Shown here: positions 40,419 to 50,618 of the stretch, in pieces
Layout of the letters: each line of letters starts with the position of its first letter
How positions within the stretch are numbered: position 1 is the first letter of the stretch
Source of the DNA: Halarcobacter sp.
GTDB lineage: Bacteria > Campylobacterota > Campylobacteria > Campylobacterales > Arcobacteraceae
Direction: 5' to 3'
Assembly: GCA_963676565.1 (NCBI GenBank)
Contig: OY781089.1
Location: 768,001-832,000, forward strand
DNA length: 64,000 nt
The notes under the pieces: model-generated
Database searches by the model: none
Seen by the model: the letters and a program-made list of their open reading frames with translations, nothing else
Told to the model about the DNA's origin: nothing
Translations under genes and position numbers: made by a program

Positions 40419-41240
40419 TTAAAGGTCATTTTCTAATTTAAATTTAATAGTATCTATAGATTGTAATAAAAGGTCAACATCAAAGCCATATTCACTTGCT
40501 TTAGTTAATGCTCTTTGAACATTGTAGTCAGATAATGGGTTTTTAATATCTGTAAGTATTTTTATAATCTCTAAAATTTTAGCTTTTTCTACATAATCCT
40601 TTGGACAATGTTCTAAATCTTCAACAAAACCAATTGAAAAGATTAGGTTATGGCTTAAGTTCCAGTGTTTGAAAATATTAGCTGTAATTCTAGCACAAGA
40701 AAAACCTAAAAACTCTTTTTCAACTGCTGTTACATTTTTTGTAATTTTAACTTGCTCAATAAATTCTTCAGTTCTTCCACTTTCAGAAATAATATCAGCA
40801 ATAATAAATTTCCCAACTTCTTGTAAAAATGCAGGGATTAGTAAATCCTCTTTTAAATCAAAACTAATTTTTGAAACCCATGAGTTAATTAATGCACTTG
40901 AAAGGTTTGCAGAAAACATAAAGTCATCAGTTGTTGCTTCATAACAAGATAGGTTAGTATCAACAAGGTTTTGAATAACAGTTCCTAATGCAATAGAGAT
41001 AGTAAAGTTTATACCTAATAAAGAGATTGCTCTACTTGGCGTTTCAACTTCACTTACAAAACCAAACATAGCTGAGTTTGCAACCCTTAATACAGTAGTA
41101 ATAATCAATGGATCTTGCTCAATGATTTTTAATAAATCTAAAGGTTCTTTATGTGACATTTTCCTAAACTCTTCAAGTTCTAAAACACTTTTAGGAAGAG
41201 GTGGTAATGTATCGATTTTTTCTACTATTAGTTTTTTCAT
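40419..41240 (-). CDS. HDOD domain protein
   Basis: LPPLP, DPLI...LRVANSA.FG, AISLLG, QEVGK, HWNL. Confidence 0.9.
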   Translation of the reverse strand: MKKLIVEKIDTLPPLPKSVLELEEFRKMSHKEPLDLLKIIEQDPLIITTVLRVANSAMFGFVSEVETPSRAISLLGINFTISIALGTVIQNLVDTNLSCYEATTDDFMFSANLSSALINSWVSKISFDLKEDLLIPAFLQEVGKFIIADIISESGRTEEFIEQVKITKNVTAVEKEFLGFSCARITANIFKHWNLSHNLIFSIGFVEDLEHCPKDYVEKAKILEIIKILTDIKNPLSDYNVQRALTKASEYGFDVDLLLQSIDTIKFKLENDL

Positions 41241-41243
41241 TAT

Positions 41244-42182
41244 TTATCCTGCATTATCAACATTAATCTTGCTTGATATAATATCAATTAATTGTTTATA
41301 CTCATCTGTATTAAGTTGTAATAATTCAATTTTTTCATCTGTAATACCAATTCCATTTGCTTCTAGGTACTTAGAAGTTTTTATAAACTCTTGAAGTAAA
41401 AGCTTTTCAAAATTTTTTTCTTGAAAACTGCCTAAATCTTTTAAATTTGTAGTTTCATAAAAAAAATCAATAATTTTTTTGTAATATGGATTATTGTTAA
41501 ATTTGAGTTTTGGGTTAAAATATTTTATTTTATAGTGCATTTGTAGAAGTAAAAAAGTAAAATTATTAATAAAGATATTTTTCTCTAGCCTTTTATCGCT
41601 ATTCATATAACTCAAAAATGAACTATCCTTTGAAAGCTCAAATCCATGGACAATCTTTTCACATCTAGATTGATAATATTCAAAAACATAATTTATATCT
41701 TTTTTGCCAATTTCAAAATATGAAAGATGGGAAAATTTATATCTTGCTTGTCCTATATGATTGTTTAAGATATTGATTTTCTCTTGGCTTAATTGAAGTT
41801 TGATTTTTAAAAAAGTTTTTGATTCTATTAAAGCTTCTATTATAGGCTCTACAAGCTTTCTTTTAGAATCATTTTTTGAATAGATTTTACATAATTGATT
41901 AAATAAATCAATTAAATAAATATATAGTTTAAATTTAATCTCAAATAATTCTTCATCTATTAATAGTAACTTGCTTAGGGTATCTTCATTGGATCTAAAT
42001 ATTTGTAAAATCTGTTCTTCTTCAATACTATTTTTATTTATAGTTTTAATAGCTTGATTCATATTTATTTTAATAATAAGATTTATAATCTCTTGTTCCG
42101 ATTGAATTTCACTAATTTTAATAGTATTTAATTCTTCAAATATTTCATAATATGATTTTTTTAGATTTTTATTATTTTCCAT
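41244..42182 (-). CDS. Hypothetical protein
   Basis: 312-aa ORF, co-directional and adjacent to the HDOD gene; no recognisable motif. Confidence 0.65.
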   Translation of the reverse strand: MENNKNLKKSYYEIFEELNTIKISEIQSEQEIINLIIKINMNQAIKTINKNSIEEEQILQIFRSNEDTLSKLLLIDEELFEIKFKLYIYLIDLFNQLCKIYSKNDSKRKLVEPIIEALIESKTFLKIKLQLSQEKINILNNHIGQARYKFSHLSYFEIGKKDINYVFEYYQSRCEKIVHGFELSKDSSFLSYMNSDKRLEKNIFINNFTFLLLQMHYKIKYFNPKLKFNNNPYYKKIIDFFYETTNLKDLGSFQEKNFEKLLLQEFIKTSKYLEANGIGITDEKIELLQLNTDEYKQLIDIISSKINVDNAG

Positions 42183-42236
42183 TATTTTGTCATCCCTAGT
42201 AGGACATTATAACCTATACATATAATAAAATCAAAT

Positions 42237-42908
42237 TTACTCAGCTCTCAGATTTTCTATTGTTTTCTTAATATCCTTCGATTTTGTAATAGCAGAAATA
42301 ACAGCAACACCATCACAATTATTTTTTAAGATATCCTTTGCTTTTAATTCATCTATTCCACCAATGGCAACTAATGGTTTTAAAATATTTTTATCTCTTA
42401 TGTTTTTTATTAAATCTAAACCAACACTTTGTTTTGCGTCATTTTTTGAAGTGGTCTCATATATTGGCCCCACCCCAAAATAATCAATACCTTGTATACC
42501 TTTTGCTTTGATTGCTTGATCTAAAGTATTAATAGATAAACCTAGTAATAGTTTTCCATCAATGATTTTTATGACCTCTTTTACTTCTTTATCATCTTGC
42601 CCTATATGAATACCTGTGGTATTTAACTTCAAAGCAAGATCAATGTCATCATTTATAAAAAAAGGTACATTATATTTTTTACAAAGTTCTTGAGCCTTTT
42701 TTGCTAAATTAAAAATCTCCTCTTTATTTTGTAAAGAGTTTCTCCCTTTTTCTCTAAATTGAAAACAAGTAATCCCTTTTTTTAATGCCTCTTCTAAAAT
42801 GAAAAGTAGATTTTCTTGTGGATTAGTTCCTAAATGAAGACAATCTTGCGTTCCTGCTATAAAATAGACTTGAAGCATATTTTTAATATTAAATATCTCT
42901 TTATTCAA
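42237..42908 (-). CDS. thiE: Thiamine-phosphate synthase
   Basis: QFREK, INDD, HIGQDD, GVGPIY.T.SK, VAIGGI, GVAVISAI. Confidence 0.96.
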   Translation of the reverse strand: MNKEIFNIKNMLQVYFIAGTQDCLHLGTNPQENLLFILEEALKKGITCFQFREKGRNSLQNKEEIFNLAKKAQELCKKYNVPFFINDDIDLALKLNTTGIHIGQDDKEVKEVIKIIDGKLLLGLSINTLDQAIKAKGIQGIDYFGVGPIYETTSKNDAKQSVGLDLIKNIRDKNILKPLVAIGGIDELKAKDILKNNCDGVAVISAITKSKDIKKTIENLRAE

Positions 42909-43695
42909 AACTTACCTTTGCATATTCTTCTGTCATTTTGTCATCTATTATTGCTAAATTATCAAGTAGGTTAATATAAAAATGTCCAGTTTGATTATTC
43001 TGTAAATTTTTTTGAGCAATCTCTCCTGCAATGGCATAAGATGTACAAGCATTTAAAGTTAGATCAAAAGCATTTCCATCTAAAGTTAAAAATGCTCCAC
43101 AAACTGCACTTAAAAGGCAACCTGATCCTGTGATTTTTGGAAAAAGTTCGCATCCATTTTCTATTTTTGCTACTTTAGTTCCATCACTTATATAGTCGGT
43201 TTCACCACTAATAGAAACAATACAGTCATATTTTAAGGCTACATCTTTAGCTATTTTGGATAAATTAGCTTCTCCACTTCCTGCATCTACACCTTTTGCA
43301 CTCCAATTAACTTGGGCAAGATAGGCAATTTCACCTGCATTCCCTCTTATTAAATCAAATTTTATTTCATTTAAAAGAGTTTTCACAGTCTCTTGTCTAA
43401 ATGTTGTTGCACCAACTCCAACTGGATCTAAAACAACGGGTGTTTTATTTTTATTTGCACATTTGCCTGCTTTAATCATAGCTTCTATTTGATCACATGT
43501 TAGTGTTCCTATATTTATAACTAAAGCTTGACAAATAACTGGAAGCTCATCCATCTCTTCAATAGCATTTGACATAATAGGAGAACATCCAATACTTAAT
43601 AATCCATTTGCCACATAATTAGATACAACTATATTTGTAATATTAAGTACTAAGGGACTTTTTTCCCTTAGCTTTTCTAAATTATTTGTTTGCAT
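42901..43695 (-). CDS. thiM: Hydroxyethylthiazole kinase
   Basis: PLV.NITN.V, INIGTL, LDPVGVGAT.FR, IRGNAGEI, ITGSGC.L. Confidence 0.96.
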   Translation of the reverse strand: MQTNNLEKLREKSPLVLNITNIVVSNYVANGLLSIGCSPIMSNAIEEMDELPVICQALVINIGTLTCDQIEAMIKAGKCANKNKTPVVLDPVGVGATTFRQETVKTLLNEIKFDLIRGNAGEIAYLAQVNWSAKGVDAGSGEANLSKIAKDVALKYDCIVSISGETDYISDGTKVAKIENGCELFPKITGSGCLLSAVCGAFLTLDGNAFDLTLNACTSYAIAGEIAQKNLQNNQTGHFYINLLDNLAIIDDKMTEEYAKVSFE

Positions 43696-43717
43696 TTGAT
43701 GCCTTTACTTTATCTCT

Positions 43718-44665
43718 TTATTTTATTATCTCTTGAGCATACTCTTCTAGATTTGGTAAACTTTTAATAAGCCCATTATTTTTCATAAAAGTAGCCATAT
43801 CTTCATAAACTTTTTTATCAAAAGTAGCAGGGGTATTTGATAAATAAGGTAATGTATCGCTCCATGCCATACGATTTAATTCATTATCTAATTCTTTTGG
43901 TTTATAACTTACAAAAGCTTCCCAAGATTTTTTAGGATTTTCTTTTAGGTATTTTGTAGCTTCCTCTAAAGCTTTTACGAAGTTTTTATATTTTTGGCTA
44001 TCTGCATTCTCTTTGTTTGCTACAACTATTAGTTCATCATACTTTGGAACACCATATTTCTCAGGGAAAAATGCTTTTCCTCTCTCTTTTTCTATTTTTA
44101 ATTGATTTAATTCAAAGTTTCTAAAAGCACCAATTACAGCGTCAACTTGTTTACTCATAAGAGAAGGAGATAATGACCAGTTTACATTTACAAGTTCAAC
44201 ATCTTTTACTGATAAATTTACAGATTTTAACATAGAGTCTAATAATGCTGTTTCAAAACCACTTACAGAATATCCTATTTTTTTACCTTTTAAATCTTCT
44301 ATTTTTTCTATACCACTATTTTCTAAAACTACTAAACTATTTAGTGGAGAGTTTACAAGTGTAGCTATTCTAACTAAAGGTAGACCCTCCGCTACTTGCA
44401 TTTGAAGTTGTGGTTGATAATCAACTGCCAAATCAGCTTTTTTAGCTGCTACAAGTTTTGGTGGCATTGATGGATCAGCTGGTTCTATGACTTCTACTTC
44501 AAGATTATTCTTTTCAAAGAAACCTTTTTGTTGTGCTATTATGATAGCTGCATGATCTGGATTTACAAACCAGTCTAAAAGTAGACTCAATTTTTCAGTT
44601 TGTGCAAAAGCACTTGAACCTAATAGCATTAAGCTAAGCGTTATTTTTGATATTATTTTTTTCAT
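43718..44665 (-). CDS. thiY: NMT1/THI5-like ABC substrate-binding protein (HMP/FAMP)
   Basis: LLLDWFVNPDHA, PADPS.PP, YQPQ, GAFRNFE, GVP.YDEL. Confidence 0.85.
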   Translation of the reverse strand: MKKIISKITLSLMLLGSSAFAQTEKLSLLLDWFVNPDHAAIIIAQQKGFFEKNNLEVEVIEPADPSMPPKLVAAKKADLAVDYQPQLQMQVAEGLPLVRIATLVNSPLNSLVVLENSGIEKIEDLKGKKIGYSVSGFETALLDSMLKSVNLSVKDVELVNVNWSLSPSLMSKQVDAVIGAFRNFELNQLKIEKERGKAFFPEKYGVPKYDELIVVANKENADSQKYKNFVKALEEATKYLKENPKKSWEAFVSYKPKELDNELNRMAWSDTLPYLSNTPATFDKKVYEDMATFMKNNGLIKSLPNLEEYAQEIIK

Positions 44666-44710
44666 AATTTCCCTTATTAAATTTTTTATGTTTTATATTT
44701 TTTTAATCTT

Positions 44711-45364
44711 TTATGATAGGTCTAAACCCATTTGCCAAAAAGATATTTCCATTCTAGTTGCTGTTGTAAAAATATCTTGTATCTTTTGCATTTGTTTTTC
44801 GCTAAAATCTTCACAAAGTCCTTCAAAAAACTCTGTTGCACTTTTAGCTGCATCTTGGTACTCTTTTGAAGAGTACATATCTATCCATGATTGATATGGA
44901 TTGTTTTCAACGCTTAAATTGTTTTGGGTAATATAATTAGCCACTTTAGCATAACCTAAAAAACAAGGTATTAAACCTGCGTAAAGTTCACTTAAATTTC
45001 CATTCATCCCACAATCAAGTACATATCTAGTGTAAGCAACACAAGCAGGGGATTCTTTTTGTTTATAAATAGACTTCTCATCTATTCCAAACTCTTTGCA
45101 ATAGTTTATATGTAATTGAATCTCATCTAATGTAGCATTTAAAGCTTGTTGTGAAAAATTCATTTGCTCAAAATTTTCACTTTTATACATTGCAAGGGCA
45201 AAAGCTCTACAATAATGAAAAAGATAAATATAATCTTGCATCAAATAGTGTTGAAAGTTTTGAAGCCCTAGTGTTCCATTTGCTAATTTTTGTACAAATT
45301 CATGTTTGATATAGTTATCCCAATGTGGTTGAGAATTTTGAATAAGCTTTTGTGTGATTGTCAT
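44711..45364 (-). CDS. tenA: Thiaminase II / aminopyrimidine aminohydrolase
   Basis: HEFV..L..GTL, Y..QDY.YL, AYTRY, PC..GY, Y..WI.MY, E..FW. Confidence 0.94.
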   Translation of the reverse strand: MTITQKLIQNSQPHWDNYIKHEFVQKLANGTLGLQNFQHYLMQDYIYLFHYCRAFALAMYKSENFEQMNFSQQALNATLDEIQLHINYCKEFGIDEKSIYKQKESPACVAYTRYVLDCGMNGNLSELYAGLIPCFLGYAKVANYITQNNLSVENNPYQSWIDMYSSKEYQDAAKSATEFFEGLCEDFSEKQMQKIQDIFTTATRMEISFWQMGLDLS

Positions 45365-45452
45365 ATCTCCCCTTTTGTTTTTAAATATATAGGAAGAGAA
45401 GTGTTTTATTATAAAGATATACTAAACTTGAAGTATAAAATACATTTGTAAA

Positions 45453-45545
45453 AACAAATCCCTACGTTAGAATTACCTAAATCAGGTTCAAAGGTCGAAG
45501 TTTTGAACTTCCTCTCAGCCTATAATATAAGCTCCCTATGTATTA
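45453..45545 (-). promoter_or_regulatory. TPP riboswitch
   Basis: Minus strand AGGGAGC...GGCTGAGAGG...GACCTTTGAACCTGATTTAGGTAATTCTAACGTAGGGA matches the THI-box, upstream of tenA-thiY-thiM-thiE. Confidence 0.94.
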
Positions 45546-45593
45546 AAAATAAAATTCTATCGGAATAAACAATTTAAGTCAATTTAATACAGA

Positions 45594-46340
45594 TTAATGT
45601 AAGTGCGAAGCCCAAGGGATAAGTTTTTTTGTTAGAAAATCAGTTAAAAAATAAATACTTAAAGTAAGAATAATTAGTATAAATAGTGCTGAAAACATCA
45701 AATCAATTTGCATCCTAGCATTTGCATGAAGCATCAAATACCCAAGTCCTTTGGAAGAACCAACCCATTCACCAATAACAGCTCCAATAGGTGCAATACA
45801 AACAGCTATTTTAAGTCCTGAAGCCAAAGATGGCAAACTTGCTTTAAACCTTACTTTATATAAAATTTGAAAAGCAGATAGTTTATAGGTGTGTGCTAGT
45901 TGAAGCCACTGTTTTGGTGTATTTTTAAGTCCATCATAACAAGCTGTAGTTATTGGAAAATATATGATAATTACAGTCATAGCTATTTTAGAAGCTAAGC
46001 CATAACCAAACCATAAAACCAAAAGAGGTGCTATTGCAAATACCGGAATTGCTTGAGATATTACAAGTATAGGAAGTAAGTATTTCTCAAGTTTTTTAAA
46101 ATAAAGTAGGGCAAAAGCTGAACTTAGACCAAAAAAACAACCAAGAATTATACCTATGATTATCTCTAATAGAGTAACTTGTGTATGCTCCCAAAGTAAA
46201 TCATAATTATTCAAAAGTTTAGAAAATACATCAATTGGTTCAGGTAACATATAGTGAGGCAAATCAAAAACTATAATAATACTTTGCCATAAAAGGAATA
46301 AAAATATAATAGGAAGTAATACTTTAAAGATTTTTTTCAT
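45594..46340 (-). CDS. thiX: ABC permease (HMP/FAMP transport)
   Basis: SQAIPVFAIAPLLVLWFGYG, APIGAVIGEWVGSS.GLG. Confidence 0.85.
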   Translation of the reverse strand: MKKIFKVLLPIIFLFLLWQSIIIVFDLPHYMLPEPIDVFSKLLNNYDLLWEHTQVTLLEIIIGIILGCFFGLSSAFALLYFKKLEKYLLPILVISQAIPVFAIAPLLVLWFGYGLASKIAMTVIIIYFPITTACYDGLKNTPKQWLQLAHTYKLSAFQILYKVRFKASLPSLASGLKIAVCIAPIGAVIGEWVGSSKGLGYLMLHANARMQIDLMFSALFILIILTLSIYFLTDFLTKKLIPWASHLH

Positions 46341-47068
46341 AGATTATTTTCTTTTAATTTTGATATTAAATTTTCTTGTAAATCCCATAATTTATTATTT
46401 GATAGTTTATGGGGTAGAACACCATCTAGTGAAGCAACTTTATTTATTTTTACTGGCTGATTTTCTAAAATATAAATATGATTTGTTAGCTTTATAGCCT
46501 CTTGGGGGTCATGGGTTACAAGAACTACAGTTTTATTTTTTAGCAATTGGCAAGTTAAATCTTGAAGTTGTATTTTTGTAATTGCATCCAATGCTGAAAA
46601 AGGTTCATCCATTAAAATAAGATTAGCATCACTCATAAGTGTCCTAGCTAGTGCTACTCTTTGTTTTTGACCGCCAGAGAGTTCATAGGTTTTTTTATCA
46701 AGGTGTTTTGACATATTAACTTGCTCTAAAAGTTTTTTTGCTTTTTCTAAAGTTTGTTTTGTTTTTTTCCCTTTTAGATGATTATATAGCTGAACATTAT
46801 CCAAAATACTAAGCCAAGGGTACAATGAGTTTTCTTGACTAAGCCATGCTATATGTGTATCTTTTTTTAATATGATTTGGCCATTTGTGATATTTTCATT
46901 TTCAAGATTGGCAATACATCTAAGTAAGGTTGATTTTCCAACTCCTGAACTTCCAATTAAAGCACTGCTTGTATTTTCCAATATATCAAAGTTTAGATTT
47001 TCAAATAGTTTTTTACCTTTATAATCAAGGTCTAAGTTTTGTATTTTGGCAATAAAGTTATTATTCAT
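46337..47068 (-). CDS. thiZ: ABC ATP-binding protein (HMP/FAMP transport)
   Basis: GSSGVGKST, LSGGQKQR, LMDEPFSALD, VTHD. Confidence 0.82.
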   Translation of the reverse strand: MNNNFIAKIQNLDLDYKGKKLFENLNFDILENTSSALIGSSGVGKSTLLRCIANLENENITNGQIILKKDTHIAWLSQENSLYPWLSILDNVQLYNHLKGKKTKQTLEKAKKLLEQVNMSKHLDKKTYELSGGQKQRVALARTLMSDANLILMDEPFSALDAITKIQLQDLTCQLLKNKTVVLVTHDPQEAIKLTNHIYILENQPVKINKVASLDGVLPHKLSNNKLWDLQENLISKLKENNL

Positions 47069-47244
47069 GGTTTGAATAATATAATAAAAAAACTAAAAAC
47101 AAAGGATTTATGTAATTTATATATCTTAAGGATATTTTTAATCATTTTTATAAACTTCAACTTGTAAAAAGCATAATTAAGACTAAAATTATCCTATATT
47201 AAATATAATACGTAAATTTTGAAACTTTATAAGGAAAAATTATT

Positions 47245-48357
47245 ATGGCAAGTATCGCTGAAATAAAAAATGAATTAGGAAAAGTTTTATATCCGGGATT
47301 TCAAAAATCAATCGTTGAGTTTGGTTTTTTAAAGGATGTAGAGCTTGATGGAGATAAGTGCACTATACATTTAGATATAACTTCAAGTGCACCTGAAGTT
47401 GAAGAGGAATTAAAGAAAAGTATTTCAACAGTATTAGGTTCAATTGGAGTTTCAAATTTAGCATTTAATATTAAAAAGCCAGAAGCACCAAAACAACATA
47501 GCAACTCTCAAAGTGGACAAAATATTGCGCCACAGATTAAAAACTTTGTAATGGTTAGTTCAGGAAAAGGTGGAGTTGGTAAATCAACAACTACTGTAAA
47601 CTTAGCTGTTGCAGCAGCAATGCAAGGTAAAAAAGTTGGTATTTTAGATGCTGATATTTATGGACCAAATATTCCTAGAATGATGGGATTAATAGGTCAA
47701 GAAGTTGAAATTGTTGGAAATAAAGCTAAACCATTTTCAATCTATGGTGTTGATGTAATGTCTATGGGTTCACTTATGGAAGAGGGGCAATCTCTTATTT
47801 GGAGAGGTGCTATGATTATGAAAGCTATTCAACAATTATTAAGAGATATTTTATGGGAAGATTTAGATATTCTTTTCATTGATATGCCTCCAGGAACTGG
47901 TGATGCACAATTAACACTTGCTCAAAGTGTTCCTGTAACATGTGGTATTAATGTAACTACTCCTCAACATGTAGCACTTGATGATTCAAGAAGATCACTT
48001 GATATGTTTGCAAAACTTCATATTCCAATTGCTGGAATTGTTGAAAACATGAGTGGATTTATTTGTCCAAAATGTGGTGAAGAGTCTGATATCTTTGGGA
48101 TGGGAACATGTGATGATTTAGCTGATCAGTTTAATACACAAGTATTAGGAATGTTGCCAATTGAACCAGCTATTAGAGAGGGTGGAGATGCTGGAAAACC
48201 AGTTGTTTACTTCCAACCTGAATCTGAATCAGCAAAAAGATATATGCAAGCTACTGCTAAACTTGTAGCTTTTGTAGATGAAGTTAGTGAAAAAGCAGAG
48301 AATGCTTCAATTCAACCTACAACACCTCCAGGTGTATCTGCTTGTTCTTCTAAATAA
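47245..48357 (+). CDS. mrp: Mrp/ApbC (NBP35 family) Fe-S cluster carrier ATPase
   Basis: SGKGGVGKSTT, DADIYGP, DMPPGTGD, ENMSGFICPKC. Confidence 0.95.
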   Translation: MASIAEIKNELGKVLYPGFQKSIVEFGFLKDVELDGDKCTIHLDITSSAPEVEEELKKSISTVLGSIGVSNLAFNIKKPEAPKQHSNSQSGQNIAPQIKNFVMVSSGKGGVGKSTTTVNLAVAAAMQGKKVGILDADIYGPNIPRMMGLIGQEVEIVGNKAKPFSIYGVDVMSMGSLMEEGQSLIWRGAMIMKAIQQLLRDILWEDLDILFIDMPPGTGDAQLTLAQSVPVTCGINVTTPQHVALDDSRRSLDMFAKLHIPIAGIVENMSGFICPKCGEESDIFGMGTCDDLADQFNTQVLGMLPIEPAIREGGDAGKPVVYFQPESESAKRYMQATAKLVAFVDEVSEKAENASIQPTTPPGVSACSSK

Positions 48358-48386
48358 TAGATGCTAGGTTAGCATAACGATAATAA

Positions 48387-48424
48387 ATTTGTTAGAAAGG
48401 AGATTATTTTTCTTTCTAACAAAT
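48387..48424 (+). terminator. Hairpin after mrp
   Basis: ATTTGTTAGAAAG / CTTTCTAACAAAT 13-bp inverted repeat. Confidence 0.55.
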
Positions 48425-48642
48425 AACTATAATTTTACTCAAAAAATAGAGCAAAATTAACTATCTAATTCATCTTTCAAATTGTAAAATAATACTAAAT
48501 AATCAAAAAAAAGCCTAAAAACAACATTATCTTTATAAAAACATCAAGAAAGTATCATTCTGAAATTCTAAAGATACTTTTTCAATACACTCTTTACCTA
48601 TAATTTTTTTATAACGAGAAAAGTAAAAAATAATAAGGGGAT

Positions 48643-50610
48643 GTGATGAAAATAAAAAAAGCGATTTTGTTGTCTACTGTTACAGCAATTGTTTTAGCAG
48701 GATGTAGTGTAAAACCACAAATTATTAAAAAAGATGTTATTCAAGAAGATGCAAAAGTTACATTGAATGCATTAAACAAAATTTTACAACCAGTAACTAA
48801 ACCTATAACTTTAGATGAAGCAATTCAAAGAGCAGTCGATCATAATTTAAATAGGAGAGTTGATATTTTAAATAGTGCTCTATCGGAGCAAAAAATAGAT
48901 GTAATTGCATATGAATCATTGCCAAGTTTAACAACAAAAGCTGGCTACTCACAAAGAGATAGTTATGCAGCATCTCAAAGTACAACTTATGATGCGCAAA
49001 CAGATACAACTGGAGCATTAAATAATTCATATTCAATTTCATCAAATAAAATTGATAAAACTGCAGGTATTTCATTTTCATGGAATATTTTAGATTTTGG
49101 ATTATCTTATGTTAGAGCTAATCAACAAGCAAATAGATACCTAATTTCAAAAGAGAAAGAAAAAAAGTCTATTCATAATATAAAACAAGAAGTTAGAAAT
49201 GCATACTACAAAGCAGTGAGTGCTGATGAGTTATTAAAAAGATTAGAGCCAATTTCACTTGAAGCAAAAAAAGCTTTTGAAGATTCTAAAAAAATCAATG
49301 CTTTAAAAATTGATTCACCAATTAAAACATTAACTTATCAAAGAGAGTTATTAGAGGTAATTAGATCATTAAATACTTTAGAAGAGAGTCTTATTAAATC
49401 TAAAACTGAATTGTCTCAATTAATGGGATTAAAACCTGGTACAAAGTTTGAACTTTCTGAAAAAATTAAAGAAAAATATCAACTTCCATCAGTAGATTTA
49501 TCTATTGATAAGTTAGAAACTCTTGCTTTAGAAAATAGACCAGAATTACAAGAAACTAGATATCAAATTAAAATTTCACAAGATGAGATTCGAACAAATA
49601 TGCTAAAAATGCTTCCAGGGTTAACATTCAATGTAGGATATGACTATAGTAATAGTGATTATTTAGCAAATAACCAATGGTTAAGTTATGGTGGTGTTGT
49701 TTCATGGAATCTTTTAAATGTGTTTAATGCTCCTTTACATAATAAATTAGCAAAAACACAAATTGAATTGGCAAAACAACAAAAACTTGCTTTATCAATG
49801 GCTGTTGTATCTCAAGTTCATCTATCTTTATTAGACTTAGCTCAAGCAAAGAAAGAATATAAGTTGTCAGAAACATATCACGGAGTTGCAAAAGAGATTT
49901 ATGACATAATCAAAAATGAAAATGCTTTAGATGTAAATGGACAATTGTCTTTGATAAAAGAAAAACTAAATTTCTTAATTTCAAATTTAAGATTATCATC
50001 ATCTTTCGCAAAAGTACAAAATGCATATGGAAAAGTTATATCTTCAGTTGGAAATGAAAAAGTATTTAAGAAAAAAGAGGCTCTAGAAAAGAAAGTTGAA
50101 AATGAACCTTTATTAAAAATTATTGAACCAAAAGAGGAAGTAAAAGAGACACAAGTTAACAAAGATGAAATTAAAACTGAAAATAGCTTTGATCCTTCAA
50201 AACCAGCAATCGAAATTATAAGAACTGCAAAATTAGTAGATAAAGCTGGAGGAGATTATACGATTATAAAAACAATTGAAGTGGGAACAAAATTAAATTA
50301 TACAGATAAAACATACACTCATAATGGAGACTACTGGTATGAGATTGAAAATGGAGGATTTATTTATATTGGTAAAGCTATAGAGATAAATGAGAAAAAA
50401 CCATTTGATGAAAGTCTTGATTCTATTGAGATTGTTAGTGAGGCAAAATTAGTTAATATGGCAGGTGGAAATTACCATGTTATTGAAACAATTCCAGTAG
50501 GGGAAAAGTTTAACTATATTACTAAAGTTACAAATGATGGTGAAAATTATTGGTATGAACTTACAAATGGTGGATTTATCCACGAATACAGAGCAAATAA
50601 AATCAACTAG
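48643..50610 (+). CDS. TolC family outer-membrane lipoprotein with two C-terminal SH3-like repeats
   Basis: Lipobox LAGC; ITLDEAI.RA..HNL, SWNILDFG, ALENRPEL, SWNLL; tandem ~62-aa repeat at the C-terminus. Confidence 0.88.
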   Translation: MMKIKKAILLSTVTAIVLAGCSVKPQIIKKDVIQEDAKVTLNALNKILQPVTKPITLDEAIQRAVDHNLNRRVDILNSALSEQKIDVIAYESLPSLTTKAGYSQRDSYAASQSTTYDAQTDTTGALNNSYSISSNKIDKTAGISFSWNILDFGLSYVRANQQANRYLISKEKEKKSIHNIKQEVRNAYYKAVSADELLKRLEPISLEAKKAFEDSKKINALKIDSPIKTLTYQRELLEVIRSLNTLEESLIKSKTELSQLMGLKPGTKFELSEKIKEKYQLPSVDLSIDKLETLALENRPELQETRYQIKISQDEIRTNMLKMLPGLTFNVGYDYSNSDYLANNQWLSYGGVVSWNLLNVFNAPLHNKLAKTQIELAKQQKLALSMAVVSQVHLSLLDLAQAKKEYKLSETYHGVAKEIYDIIKNENALDVNGQLSLIKEKLNFLISNLRLSSSFAKVQNAYGKVISSVGNEKVFKKKEALEKKVENEPLLKIIEPKEEVKETQVNKDEIKTENSFDPSKPAIEIIRTAKLVDKAGGDYTIIKTIEVGTKLNYTDKTYTHNGDYWYEIENGGFIYIGKAIEINEKKPFDESLDSIEIVSEAKLVNMAGGNYHVIETIPVGEKFNYITKVTNDGENYWYELTNGGFIHEYRANKIN

Positions 50611-50618
50611 GCAAAACA

